Positions 1 to 10,061 of a stretch of DNA of 64,000 nucleotides are shown here, in pieces; position 1 is the stretch's first letter; each line of letters starts with the position of its first letter. Under the pieces are notes generated by a model. The model had not been told where the DNA came from. It was given only the letters and a program-made list of their open reading frames with translations, and searched no databases. This stretch comes from Sporomusaceae bacterium. GTDB lineage: Bacteria > Bacillota > Negativicutes > Acidaminococcales > JAJUGR01. The stretch is from positions 112,118-176,117 of the forward strand of contig JAJUGR010000001.1 in NCBI GenBank assembly GCA_029265905.1. The letters are read 5' to 3'. A program made the translations under genes and the position numbers.

Positions 1-432
1 GCGGCGCCCGCGATCGCGGAGCGGATCGGCGAGCTGCTGTGCGAGCGGTGGCCGAATTTAAAAAAGCGGGCGGATCATATTCCGGACAACCCGAAGACGG
101 TGCGCTTCAGCAAGCTTTCCGCTGCTGAGCAGGCGGCGCTGATCGAACAGAACCCGTTGTACGGACGGGTGATTTGCCGCTGTGAATTGATTACGGAGGG
201 CGAAATTATCGCCGCGATCAATCGTCCGTGCGGCGCGCGGACGGTCGACGGGGTGAAGCGGCGCGCCGGCACCGGCTTGGGACGATGCCAGGGCGGCTTT
301 TGCGGCCCGCGGGTAGTGCTGATTTTGGCCCGCGAGCTGGGGGTGCCGGTAACGGCGATTGTAAAGGATGCCGCCGGCTCGTCGCTGTTCATGGACAAGC
401 TGCCGGGGCATTGCGAGGTGTTGAAGCCATGA
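1..432 (+). CDS. FAD-dependent oxidoreductase, C-terminal part (5' end outside window) with BFD-like [2Fe-2S]-binding domain (GlpA/LhgO-type)
   Basis: Frame 1 is open from nt 1. The tail 'VICRCELITEGEI...GTGLGRCQGGFCGPRV' has the Cys pattern of BFD-like 2Fe-2S domains. The TGA at 430-432 overlaps the next ATG (ATGA). Confidence 0.7.
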   Translation, partial: AAPAIAERIGELLCERWPNLKKRADHIPDNPKTVRFSKLSAAEQAALIEQNPLYGRVICRCELITEGEIIAAINRPCGARTVDGVKRRAGTGLGRCQGGFCGPRVVLILARELGVPVTAIVKDAAGSSLFMDKLPGHCEVLKP

Positions 433-1703
433 GGAGGCAAAACTGTGATGTAGCCGTGATCGGCGGCGGGCCGGCCGGCCTTGCCGCCGCCGTCAGCGCC
501 AGGCGGCATGGCGCCCAAAAGGTGCTGCTGCTGGAACGAGACCGGGAGCTGGGGGGGATTTTGCAGCAGTGCATTCATAACGGCTTTGGCCTGCAGCGCT
601 ATGACGAGGAATTGACCGGACCCGGCTATGCGAGCCGGGCCGCGCGGGCGCTTGAGGCAGCGGGCGGCGTGGAGGTGCAGCTTGACACCATGGTCGTCGG
701 CCTCACGCCGGACAAGGTGCTGCGGACGGTCAGCCCGGCTGCCGGCCTTCAAGAAGTGCAGGCCAAGGCGGTCGTGCTGGCGATGGGGTGCCGGGAGAGG
801 ACGCGCGGCGCCATCCGCATCCCCGGCGAGCGGCCGGCCGGCATTTACACGGCGGGCGCGGCGCAGCGCATGGTCAACATGGAAGGCTACCTGCCGGGGA
901 AGGAAATCGTGATCGTCGGCTCAGGCGATATCGGCTTGATTATGGCCAGGCGGATGACGTTGGAGGGGGCTCAGGTCAAGGCCGTCCTGGAAATCATGCC
1001 CTATTCAAACGGTTTGACGCGCAACCTGGTCCAGTGCCTGGACGATTTCAACGTACCGCTGTATTTGTCGCATACGATCACCCGTATCGAAGGGAAAAGC
1101 CGCGTTACGAGCGTTACCTGCATGGCCGTGGATGAAAATCGCTGTCCGATTCCGGGTACGGAGAAAACCTTTGCCTGCGATTGCGTTTTGCTGTCAGTCG
1201 GATTGATTCCGGAAAACGAGCTGTCTGAGGCGACCGGCATTGCGCTTGACCCGCTTACCGGCGGGCCGGTGGTTGATCAGCATCGGGAAACGAGCGTGCC
1301 GGGTTTTTTTGCCGCGGGCAATGTGCTGCAGGTTCATGATCTTGTCGACTGGGTGTCGGCGGAAAGCGATATCGCGGGCCGCAGCGCGGCGCTGTTCGCC
1401 CGGCAGCTGCGGCCCGCGCCCGAAAAGACGCTGTTGCTGCAAGCTGGAAGCGGCGTAAGAAATGTTGTGCCGCAGCGGCTTGTTTGCCAGCCGGGACAAG
1501 CGGAAGCGGTGCGTTTGTTTATCCGTGTCGCGCAGCCGGCGCGCAACGTGCGCCTGCGCTGTTTATGCCAAGGTGAAACTTGCTATGAGCGCCGCCTGCC
1601 GATTGTCAAACCGAGCGAAATGGTTGTCGTCGAATTGCCGTCGGCGGCCTATCAGCCGGCAAGCGGCTTGCTGACGATTGCGGTTGAGGAGGCGGCGCCA
1701 TGA
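429..1703 (+). CDS. NAD(P)/FAD-dependent oxidoreductase (pyridine nucleotide-disulfide family)
   Basis: Dinucleotide folds 'DVAVIGGGPAGLAAA' and 'IVIVGSGDIGLIMA'. ATG 429 is translationally coupled to the upstream gene. The track start at 228 is an extension inside the previous CDS. Confidence 0.8.
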   Translation: MRRQNCDVAVIGGGPAGLAAAVSARRHGAQKVLLLERDRELGGILQQCIHNGFGLQRYDEELTGPGYASRAARALEAAGGVEVQLDTMVVGLTPDKVLRTVSPAAGLQEVQAKAVVLAMGCRERTRGAIRIPGERPAGIYTAGAAQRMVNMEGYLPGKEIVIVGSGDIGLIMARRMTLEGAQVKAVLEIMPYSNGLTRNLVQCLDDFNVPLYLSHTITRIEGKSRVTSVTCMAVDENRCPIPGTEKTFACDCVLLSVGLIPENELSEATGIALDPLTGGPVVDQHRETSVPGFFAAGNVLQVHDLVDWVSAESDIAGRSAALFARQLRPAPEKTLLLQAGSGVRNVVPQRLVCQPGQAEAVRLFIRVAQPARNVRLRCLCQGETCYERRLPIVKPSEMVVVELPSAAYQPASGLLTIAVEEAAP

Positions 1704-2071
1704 AGAACGAGGTCAGAAAAATAAGCTGCATCGTCTGCCCGATGGGGTGCGTCGGTACGGTCGAGGTGCGGGGCGGCATTGCCGTCCGCGCGGCCGGATT
1801 CACCTGCAAGCGGGGCGAGGCTTACGCCGTGGACGAGGTGACGGCGCCCAGACGGGTTCTGACGAGCACCGTGCGCGTCGTAGGCGGCGTTTTGCCGCTG
1901 GCGCCGGTGGTGTCGAGCCGTCCGCTGCCAAAAGAGCAGCTCTTGCCGGCGGCCCGGTGTCTGGCGACCATGCAGGTTGCGGCGCCGGTGCAGGAGGGGC
2001 AGGTGGTGGTTGCCAATTTGCTGGGGCTTGGCGTGGATATGGTGGCGACCCGCGCTATTGCGGTCGCTTGA
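1700..2071 (+). CDS. DUF1667-type small Cys-rich protein, third member of the GlpA-like flavoprotein trio
   Basis: 123 aa with 'CIVCPMGC...FTCKRGEAY'. The start overlaps the upstream stop. This gene order is recalled from clostridial glycerol-3-P dehydrogenase-like clusters. Confidence 0.65.
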   Translation: MKNEVRKISCIVCPMGCVGTVEVRGGIAVRAAGFTCKRGEAYAVDEVTAPRRVLTSTVRVVGGVLPLAPVVSSRPLPKEQLLPAARCLATMQVAAPVQEGQVVVANLLGLGVDMVATRAIAVA

Positions 2072-2144
2072 GATAGGACAAGGAGGGGATAAAAGCAGCG
2101 TACGGGCTAATAAGAAGGAGCAAAACAAATGTGGGAGGGATAAT

Positions 2145-3176
2145 ATGAAGTGGCGGTGGAGCAAATTAGCGGTTGTCCTGTCGATAGCCATGCTGGCGAT
2201 GTCTTTAAGCGGGTGCGGGGCGAAGGAAGAAAAAAAACCTAGCGCAGCCGGCCCCAGCGGCAAGGTAATGATTTACACGTCCATTTATCCGGACATTATC
2301 GAAGTGATCAAGCCGGAGATGAAAAAGGCTTTCCCGAATATCGAGGTAGAGTGGTTCCAGGCGGGCACGGAAAAAGTCATGGCCAAGGTGGCGGGCGAGA
2401 TCGAGGCCAAGAAAATCTCCGCCGACCTTTTGATGGTGGCCGATCCGTCGTATTATTTGTACTTGCAGGAAAAAGGACTGCTCCTGCAATATGATGCGCC
2501 CAACCGCAAGGCGGTCAGCATCAACAAGGACAAGGATGGCTATTGGACCGGCGTGCGGATCAGCAACATGATCATTGCCTACAATACGGCCAAGGTGAAA
2601 CCGGAGGAGGCGCCGAAATCGTTCAAGGACCTGCTTGATCCGAAATGGAGCGGCAAGGTTGCCATGCCCAGCCCGCTGTTGTCCGGGACGGCCTACGTTA
2701 CGGCTGGCGTGCTGTCGGACAAATACGGCTGGGAGTACTTTGAGAAAATGAAAGCCAACGGCCTCAAGGTCGAAGACGGCAACTCCGCCATCCAAAACAA
2801 ATTGCTCACGGGCGAATACCTGGCGGCCATCATTTTGGAGGAAAACATCCTGAAAATGGCGGCCAAAGGCGAACCGGTCAAGGTCGTTTACCCCGAGGAC
2901 GGCACCATCATCATTCCGAGCCCGGTGGCTATTTTCAACACCAGCAAAAACCAGGAAGCTTCCAAAGTCGTGCTGGACTGGCTGCTGTCCCAGCAGGGTC
3001 AGCAGGTAATCGTCAAGGGCTGGATGCATTCGGTGCGGGATGACGTGGAACCGCCAAAAGGCGCGCCGGCGCTGAAAACCTTCGCCGACAAGGCGTTCAA
3101 GCCGGATTGGGCCAAACTGTCCAAGAGCAATGAGGCCATAAAAGAGGCGTTCCGGGCCAGAGTGCTGGAAAAATAG
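2145..3176 (+). CDS. ABC transporter substrate-binding lipoprotein, Fe(3+)/AfuA-FbpA family
   Basis: Signal peptide with lipobox 'MSLSGC'. GGGAGGG RBS lies upstream of ATG 2145. Family-1 solute-binding protein length and composition. Confidence 0.75.
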   Translation: MKWRWSKLAVVLSIAMLAMSLSGCGAKEEKKPSAAGPSGKVMIYTSIYPDIIEVIKPEMKKAFPNIEVEWFQAGTEKVMAKVAGEIEAKKISADLLMVADPSYYLYLQEKGLLLQYDAPNRKAVSINKDKDGYWTGVRISNMIIAYNTAKVKPEEAPKSFKDLLDPKWSGKVAMPSPLLSGTAYVTAGVLSDKYGWEYFEKMKANGLKVEDGNSAIQNKLLTGEYLAAIILEENILKMAAKGEPVKVVYPEDGTIIIPSPVAIFNTSKNQEASKVVLDWLLSQQGQQVIVKGWMHSVRDDVEPPKGAPALKTFADKAFKPDWAKLSKSNEAIKEAFRARVLEK

Positions 3177-3235
3177 ACGGTTTGCGGCTGCGGCATAACG
3201 AATTTCGGGGAGCGGTTATCCCGCTCCCCGATTAA

Positions 3236-4936
3236 ATGATGGGGGAACTTGTGAACGGACAGACGTTTTTTTCGCGCTTTGATACAAAATGGCTTGTTAT
3301 CGCCTGCGCCGTGACTGTGCTGGTATTGTTTACGGCGCTGCCGATGCTGTATTTGATTTACCGCAGCGTCGTGGTGGAGGGCAGTGTTAATTTAGAGAAC
3401 TATCGCGTTGTCTACAGCAATGCCGTGAATTTTCGCGCCTTCGTCAACACCTTCAAGGTATCCTTGCTGGTGACGGGCTTGAGCGTCCTGATTACCTTTC
3501 CTCTGGCCTGGCTCGTGGGGCGGACTAATTTGCCGGGCAAGGGGTTTTTCCGCACGCTGTTTGTGGCGACCTACATGATCCCGCCCTATGTCGGGGCGAT
3601 TGCCTGGATTCAGTTGCTGAATCCGAGTGTCGGCTACGTCAACACCTTTTTGATGGCGGTTTTCGGTCTGACGCAGGCCCCCTTCAACATTTACAGCATG
3701 GGGGGGATGATTTGGTGCATGACGCTCTTTTATTCGCCGTTTGCTTTCATTACGATTTCAAGGGCGATGGAAAAAATGGACCCCAGCCTTGAGGAAGCCT
3801 CCCGGATTGCCGGCGCTTCGCCGCTGAAAACCTTGGTGCGGGTAACGCTGCCGCTGATGCTGCCGAGCGTCATTGCCGGTGGCGTGCTGGTTTTTATCAA
3901 CGCCGGATCATCGTTCGGCATACCGGCGATCGTCGGCATGCCCGCCCAGATCGAGGTTTTGACCACCCGGATCGTCACGTACGTTTATATGGGGACGGGC
4001 AAGGGGATTCGCGAAGCGACCGCCCTGGCGGTCATCCTGATGGTTGTGGCGAACGGCCTGCTGTACGCCAGCACGTTTTTATTGGGTAAAAAAGAATATG
4101 TCACCATCGGCGGCAAAAGCATGCGTCCGAACCTGGTTGATTTGGGCCGCTGGAAATGGCCTGTCACAGCCTTGGTCGCCGCTTATGGCTTTGTTTCGGT
4201 TTTTCTGCCGCTTGGCTCGATTCTGGTTACCTCCATGCTCAAGTCCATGTCGCGGCCCGTTTCGTTTGACAATTTGACCTTTTCGACGTGGAAGACTGTT
4301 GTCAACAACACCGGGTACATGGATTGCCTGGGCACGAGCTTTTTTGCCGCCACCGTGACGGCGACCGTGGCCACGGTCGTTGCCCTGTTTATCGCCTACC
4401 TGGCGGTCAAGACGCGGACGAAGGGCCGGGCGGTTCCGGACAGCTTGGCCACCTTAGGCGGCGCGACGCCGAGCATCGTTATCGCGTTGGCGCTGATCAT
4501 CACCTTTTCCGGCGAGTTTGGCTTGAACCTGTATTCAACCGTGGCGATTTTAGTGGTCAGCTATCTGGTCAAGTACCTGACGATGTCGGTGCGGACGATT
4601 TCCGCCTCCTTGACGCAAGTCCATGTCTCGCTGGAGGAAGCAGCGCTCAGTTCCGGCGCCAGCTGGCTGCGGGCGATGAAAGACATCGTGCTGCCGCTTG
4701 TCTCGCCGTCCATTATTGCCGGGTGGTTTTTGGTGTTCATGCCATCCTTTTATGAACTGACCATGTCCATTCTGCTTTACGGTTCCAAGACGAAGACGAT
4801 CGGCGTGCTGCTCTATGAGATGCAGACTTATGCCGATCCGCAGGACGCGTCCGTGCTGGCGATTGTTATTTTGCTGATTGTCCTAGGAGGCAATCTGCTG
4901 CTGCGCAAGCTCTCGCGCGGCAGCGTCGGCATTTGA
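3236..4936 (+). CDS. ABC transporter permease, duplicated two-domain FbpB/AfuB type
   Basis: 566 aa, polytopic. Two EAA-like loops ('LEEASRIAGASPLKT', 'LEEAALSSGASWLRA'). Confidence 0.8.
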   Translation: MMGELVNGQTFFSRFDTKWLVIACAVTVLVLFTALPMLYLIYRSVVVEGSVNLENYRVVYSNAVNFRAFVNTFKVSLLVTGLSVLITFPLAWLVGRTNLPGKGFFRTLFVATYMIPPYVGAIAWIQLLNPSVGYVNTFLMAVFGLTQAPFNIYSMGGMIWCMTLFYSPFAFITISRAMEKMDPSLEEASRIAGASPLKTLVRVTLPLMLPSVIAGGVLVFINAGSSFGIPAIVGMPAQIEVLTTRIVTYVYMGTGKGIREATALAVILMVVANGLLYASTFLLGKKEYVTIGGKSMRPNLVDLGRWKWPVTALVAAYGFVSVFLPLGSILVTSMLKSMSRPVSFDNLTFSTWKTVVNNTGYMDCLGTSFFAATVTATVATVVALFIAYLAVKTRTKGRAVPDSLATLGGATPSIVIALALIITFSGEFGLNLYSTVAILVVSYLVKYLTMSVRTISASLTQVHVSLEEAALSSGASWLRAMKDIVLPLVSPSIIAGWFLVFMPSFYELTMSILLYGSKTKTIGVLLYEMQTYADPQDASVLAIVILLIVLGGNLLLRKLSRGSVGI

Positions 4937-4972
4937 GCAAGGGAAAAGTTTGTCGATAAAGGAGACCATAAC

Positions 4973-6028
4973 GTGGCGGAAGTAAGAATAAAAGCAGTTA
5001 GCAAAATATTTGGCGACGTGAAGGCCGTCAATGCCTTCGACACGGTTGTCAAAGACGGTGAGTTCGTCTCGATTCTCGGCCCATCCGGCTGCGGCAAAAC
5101 GACCATGCTGCGGATGATCGCCGGGTTTGAGCGGCCAAGCCTCGGCGAGATCTGGATCGGCGATGAACTGGTGAGTTCGGCGGAAAGCGGCGTGTTTTTG
5201 GCGCCGGAAAAGCGCAGCATCGGCATGGTGTTCCAGTCTTATGCCGTATGGCCGCATATGAATGTCTTCCAAAATGTCGCGTATCCTTTGACGATCAAGA
5301 ACCTGAACAAGGAAGAGATTGCCCGACGGACGAACCGCGTGCTGGGGCTGGTCCATCTTGACGGCTATGCGGAGCGCTTTCCCAACCAGCTGTCGGGCGG
5401 GCAGCAGCAGCGGGTCGCTTTGGCGCGGGCGCTGGTCTGTGAACCGCGGCTATTGCTGCTGGACGAACCGCTTTCGAACCTAGATGCGAAACTGCGTGAA
5501 AGCATGCGCTTTGAAATCAAAGAACTGCAGCGCAAGCTCAACATCACCGTCATCTACGTGACGCACGACCAGTCGGAAGCGATGGCCATGTCTGACCGCA
5601 TCGTCGTCATGCACCAGGGCGTTGTCCAGCAAATCGCTTCGCCGGTCGACGTATACGAAACGCCTGCCAATGAGACGGTTGCCGACTTCATCGGCCTCGT
5701 CAATTTTGTGCCGGCCGAATTGACGGCGGATGAGGTTATATTTCCGTCGCTGGGGCACGCGGTGAAACGGGACAATGCCTGCCGGGGCCGGGCGCGCGTC
5801 GGCATTCGCCCGGAGAACATCGCCTTGAGCAAGACGGAAACGGGGCTGCAAGGAACAATCGTGCACAAGTTTTACATGGGTGACGCCACGGATTGCCGCG
5901 TGGCCGTCGGCACGGAAACGCTGCGCGTGATTGCCAAGGGCGACGGGTTCAGGGAGTACCAGGACGGCGATGCCGTTTGGCTCCGGCTGGACAAGATGAT
6001 CGTTTTTCCTGTCGGGGACAAGGCCTGA
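4973..6028 (+). CDS. ABC transporter ATP-binding protein (FbpC/PotA-like)
   Basis: Walker A 'GPSGCGKTT', signature 'LSGGQQQR', Walker B 'LLLLDEP'. GTG start. Confidence 0.9.
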   Translation: MAEVRIKAVSKIFGDVKAVNAFDTVVKDGEFVSILGPSGCGKTTMLRMIAGFERPSLGEIWIGDELVSSAESGVFLAPEKRSIGMVFQSYAVWPHMNVFQNVAYPLTIKNLNKEEIARRTNRVLGLVHLDGYAERFPNQLSGGQQQRVALARALVCEPRLLLLDEPLSNLDAKLRESMRFEIKELQRKLNITVIYVTHDQSEAMAMSDRIVVMHQGVVQQIASPVDVYETPANETVADFIGLVNFVPAELTADEVIFPSLGHAVKRDNACRGRARVGIRPENIALSKTETGLQGTIVHKFYMGDATDCRVAVGTETLRVIAKGDGFREYQDGDAVWLRLDKMIVFPVGDKA

Positions 6029-6044
6029 GAAAAGGTGGCGGATT

Positions 6045-6848
6045 ATGAAGCGCTTGCGGGAAATACGCTGTTTCATGCTCGACATGGATGGCACCTTCTA
6101 TCTTGGCCACCGCCTGTTGCCGGGGGCGCTCCGCTTTATGCGCTATCTGGCGGAGAGCGGCCGGGAAGCGGTGTTTGTGACGAACAACTCCTCCAACAGC
6201 GCCGCCTATTATGCCGATAAATTGACCTCCCTCGGCTGGGCGGCGCAAGCGGAAGACATCCTGACGGCCGGTCAAGCGACCGCCTACTACTTGCGGGCGC
6301 TGAAGCCGGCGCCTAAGATCTTTTTGCTCGGCACGCCGGCGCTGGCGGCGGAGATGGCGGCGCTTGGCGTGCAGCTGACGGAGGAAGCGCCGGATTACGT
6401 CGTGCTTGGCTTTGACCTGACGCTGACGTATGCCAAGCTGGCGCAGGCCTGCCGCTTCCTGCGGGCCGGCGTGCCCTTTTTTGCCACCCATCCCGATTTG
6501 AACTGCCCGACGGAGTCGGGCTATATTCCTGACTGCGGCGCGCTGGCGGCGCTCTTGCATGCCGCGACTGGCGTGGCGCCGAAGGTCATCGGCAAGCCGA
6601 ACCGGGAGATGATTGAGGCGATGCTGCTGAAAAAGCCTAAGGTGCCGAAAGCGCAGCTGGCCATGGTCGGCGACCGACTCTATACCGACGTAGCCATGGG
6701 GCGGGCGGCGGAGATTACCAGCATCCTGGTGCTCAGCGGAGAAACGCAGCCGGCCGATTTGCGCCAAAGCGCGATCCAGCCCGATTATGTCTTTGATCAC
6801 TTGGCCGCTCTTGCGGAGGCGCTGGCTCGCGACGATGCGGCCGGTTGA
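6045..6848 (+). CDS. HAD-IIA family hydrolase (NagD-like sugar-phosphate phosphatase)
   Basis: 'FMLDMDGTFY' nucleophile motif, 'VTNNSS' and 'MVGDRLYTD' HAD motifs. Confidence 0.8.
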   Translation: MKRLREIRCFMLDMDGTFYLGHRLLPGALRFMRYLAESGREAVFVTNNSSNSAAYYADKLTSLGWAAQAEDILTAGQATAYYLRALKPAPKIFLLGTPALAAEMAALGVQLTEEAPDYVVLGFDLTLTYAKLAQACRFLRAGVPFFATHPDLNCPTESGYIPDCGALAALLHAATGVAPKVIGKPNREMIEAMLLKKPKVPKAQLAMVGDRLYTDVAMGRAAEITSILVLSGETQPADLRQSAIQPDYVFDHLAALAEALARDDAAG

Positions 6849-6865
6849 GTAGGAAAAATAAAAGA

Positions 6866-6914
6866 AAAAGAACGCCTGGGCGCAGTCAAACTGCGCGCAG
6901 GCGTTCTTTTTTTG
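6866..6914. terminator. Bidirectional rho-independent terminator between convergent HAD and RND genes
   Basis: Stem agaacgcctgggcgcag / ctgcgcgcaggcgttct, flanked by an A-run upstream and a T-run downstream. Confidence 0.8.
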
Positions 6915-6917
6915 TCG

Positions 6918-9900
6918 TCAGCTGGTGGTTTTTGCGCCGCGCACCGCGGCGGAAATCTTCCGGAACAGGCGGGCGATTTTTTCATCCAGACGCAGCGGAT
7001 GCCGGTCGAAGTGCAAAAAGATGATCGGGATGATGATCAGGGTGAAGATCGTGGAGGACAGCAGGCCGCCGATGATGACCCAGGCCATGCTGACGCGCGT
7101 TTCCGTCCCTTCTGTCATCGAAAGGGCGGTTGGCAGCATGCCGACGACCATCGTCAGGGAGGTCATGAAAATCGGCTTCAAGCGGGCCTTGCCGGCCTCG
7201 ATCAGGGCGTCGTAAGCGCTTTTGCCCTGGCTCATCAAGGTCAGGGTGTAGTCTAAGAGCAGCGTGCCGTTTTTGGCTACCAGGCCGTCCATGACCAGGA
7301 TGCCGATCAGCGAGTAGAGATTGATCGTATTGCGCGTGACGGCCAGGAAAATAAACGAGCCGATCAAGCCCAAGGGTAGGGAAAACATGCGGATGAAAGG
7401 GGTCGAATAGGATTCGTACAGCACGGCCAAGAGCATGTAAATCAAAATCAGGGAGAGGATGAGCGCCTGTCCCATTTCCGTGAAGGTATCCTGCATGTTG
7501 GTCGCCTGGCCCTTGAATTCAATTTCAATGCCGCGGTCGCCGAATTTTTCCGCCGCTAACACGCTTTTTAATTCCTGGATGACTTCGTTGAGCGGCCGGT
7601 CTGTTAGGTTGGCGCTGATGGAGATCGCGCGCTGTTTGTTGAGGCGGCGGATCAGCGTCGGGCCAACGCCTTCCTTGATTTCCGCGACCTGACCGAGTAA
7701 AATCGGCTGCGTGCCGCTGGAGATCGGAATGGAAATCAGGTCGCTGGCGGTAAAGGCCTCGCTGCTTTTCAGGCGGACATAGATATCCGTATCGCGGCCG
7801 TCGTTGTTCGGGTCATTGACCAGGGTGCCGGCTTTTTTGCCGGAGATGGCTGAGGACAGGGCGCTGGATACGTCGGAAATCCCGACCCCGTAGAATTTCA
7901 GCTTGTCGCGGTCGACAACCGGTTGCAATTCCGGCATGCCTTCCGTGTAGGTGCTGTTGATGTCTTTTACGCCGTTTGTTTTGGCGAGCAGTTCCTGCAC
8001 CTGATAAGACGCTTCAACCAGGTTGTCCATGTTGGCGCTGCGCAGCTCAAGCCGCAGCGGCGAGCCGCCTGGGCGACCGCTGCCGCCGCTTTGCGATACG
8101 CCGGCGATCGAAGACTGCGTCTCGCTGACGGAAACGCTGCCTTCCGTGATGTTGTTGCGGGCGAAGGCGCGGACGTCGTCTGTTATCTGCCAGATCGAAC
8201 GGCTGCGCTCCTTGCGGTCGACAATCCGGACGGAAAGGTTGCCGTAGTTGGGCGATGGCCGTCCGGCGCCGGCCAGGCAATAGGTCACCTCGGGGAGGCT
8301 CAGCACATATTGTTCCAGCTTGCGCAGGGCCAAATCGGTTTGCTCCAGGTTTTGCCCCTCGGGCAAGATGAGGTAGACGCGGAAGCTCGATTCGTCAGTC
8401 TTCGGCATGTACTCGGCGCCGATGATGCCGGTAGGGATGAGGGACACGGAGACGAAAAAGACGGCCGCCACGACGGCGAGCACCTTTTTGGCGTGCGCGA
8501 GGCTCCAGCGCAGCGCCTTTTCATAGCGGGCAATCGCCCACTTTTCCAACCGGTCCATGCGCGTCCAGACGGGGCCACTTGGCTCGGTCAGGCCGCTTTT
8601 GAACAGGCGGGAGGCGAGCATCGGCGTCAAGGTGAAGGAAACGAACATGGAAAAAAGCGTGGCAAAGACGATTGTGAGGCCGAACTGGCGGAAAAACTGT
8701 CCGGTCATGCCGGTCATGAAGGCGATGGGCAAAAAAACGACGACGTCGCACAGGGTGATGGCGATCGCCGCCATGCCGATTTCGTTCCGGCCTTCTTCCG
8801 CAGCGGTGCGGGCGTCTTTGCCGAGGTGCATGTGGCGGTGGATGTTTTCCAGGACGACGATCGAGTCGTCGACCAAAATGCCGACGCACAAGGTCATGCC
8901 CATGAGCGACATCATATTGAAAGTAAAGCCGGCCAGATACATGACGAAAAACGTGCTGATCAAGGAGGTGGGAATGGCGATCAGCACGGCTGCCGTCGAG
9001 CGCCAGCCGCGCAGGAACAAGAACAGCACGAGGCTGGTGGTGATGAGGCCTTCAATCAAGGTGCCGAAGGTGTTGCGCAGGGCGTTGTTGACGTAATCGG
9101 CCGAATTGTTGACGATTGTAAAGGTGTAGTCGGGGTACTCTTTTTTCAGTATTTCCAGCTGCTTGAGCGCTCCCTCCGCCGTGGAAACGACGTTGGCGTC
9201 GCTGTTTTTATAAACCGTAAGCGAAATGGAATCCTCGCCGTTGGTGCGGCTGTAGCGGTCGACGCGCTGGTCCTTGGCGGTGACGGTGGCCAGCTCCGTC
9301 AAGGGAATCGTTCCGTAAGAACTGCTGGTCAGGGTCAGCTTTTCAATGTCGGCCGGCCCTTTGTACTGCGTGTCCATCTTGACGTCGGTGATTGTTTTGG
9401 CAGTATAAACGGAGCCGGAGGGCAGCAAAATGTTTTCGCCCTTGACTGCACTGACGAACTGGGCCAGTGACAGCTTGAAATAATACAGCTTGTCCTTGTC
9501 CACCTCGACGGCGATTTCTTTTGTCCGGCCGCCGTTGACGGCGATGTCGGACACGCCGTTGGCGCGCGAGAGTATTTCCGAGAACGCGTTGTCGGCTTTG
9601 GTGTACATGTCGGACAAGGAGTGGGCGGAGGTTACGGAAATCTCCATGATGGGCGCGGCATTTTCGTCGCGTTTGCGGACGACCGGCTCGTCGATATCGT
9701 CCGGCAGCTTGCTGCGCACGGAGTTGACAAGCTTCGTCGCCTCGATGGAGGCGTAATCGGCGTTGGTTTTAAAGTCGAATTCCAGGACGATGTAACCGCG
9801 CTCGGAGGTAGCGGTTGAAGTCATGTTCTTCAGATTGGACAAGGAGGACAAGGAGTCCTCGAGCGGCTTCAATACCTGCTGCTCGATTTCCTTCGGTCCG

Positions 9901-10061
9901 GCGCCGGCATACTTGACGCTGACCGTGACGTAAGGCGAATTCAGCGCCGGCAGCAGTTCGACGCCGATGCGGCTTAAGCTGAACAGGCCAAGCACCACGC
10001 AAAACAAAATGATCATGCTGATGCCAACCGGGCGTTCAATGGAAAAACGGGTGATGTTCAC
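6918..10061 (-). CDS. Efflux RND transporter permease (AcrB/HAE1 family)
   Basis: 1047 aa with 12-TM RND architecture. The N-terminus 'MNITRFSIERPV' is typical of the family. Confidence 0.9.
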   Translation of the reverse strand: MNITRFSIERPVGISMIILFCVVLGLFSLSRIGVELLPALNSPYVTVSVKYAGAGPKEIEQQVLKPLEDSLSSLSNLKNMTSTATSERGYIVLEFDFKTNADYASIEATKLVNSVRSKLPDDIDEPVVRKRDENAAPIMEISVTSAHSLSDMYTKADNAFSEILSRANGVSDIAVNGGRTKEIAVEVDKDKLYYFKLSLAQFVSAVKGENILLPSGSVYTAKTITDVKMDTQYKGPADIEKLTLTSSSYGTIPLTELATVTAKDQRVDRYSRTNGEDSISLTVYKNSDANVVSTAEGALKQLEILKKEYPDYTFTIVNNSADYVNNALRNTFGTLIEGLITTSLVLFLFLRGWRSTAAVLIAIPTSLISTFFVMYLAGFTFNMMSLMGMTLCVGILVDDSIVVLENIHRHMHLGKDARTAAEEGRNEIGMAAIAITLCDVVVFLPIAFMTGMTGQFFRQFGLTIVFATLFSMFVSFTLTPMLASRLFKSGLTEPSGPVWTRMDRLEKWAIARYEKALRWSLAHAKKVLAVVAAVFFVSVSLIPTGIIGAEYMPKTDESSFRVYLILPEGQNLEQTDLALRKLEQYVLSLPEVTYCLAGAGRPSPNYGNLSVRIVDRKERSRSIWQITDDVRAFARNNITEGSVSVSETQSSIAGVSQSGGSGRPGGSPLRLELRSANMDNLVEASYQVQELLAKTNGVKDINSTYTEGMPELQPVVDRDKLKFYGVGISDVSSALSSAISGKKAGTLVNDPNNDGRDTDIYVRLKSSEAFTASDLISIPISSGTQPILLGQVAEIKEGVGPTLIRRLNKQRAISISANLTDRPLNEVIQELKSVLAAEKFGDRGIEIEFKGQATNMQDTFTEMGQALILSLILIYMLLAVLYESYSTPFIRMFSLPLGLIGSFIFLAVTRNTINLYSLIGILVMDGLVAKNGTLLLDYTLTLMSQGKSAYDALIEAGKARLKPIFMTSLTMVVGMLPTALSMTEGTETRVSMAWVIIGGLLSSTIFTLIIIPIIFLHFDRHPLRLDEKIARLFRKISAAVRGAKTTS

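Noticed and set aside
7923-9470. 515-aa ORF antisense to the RND permease gene
   Set aside because: It has the same artefact pattern, with an Arg/Gly/Asp/His-rich translation. The RND frame is unambiguous.
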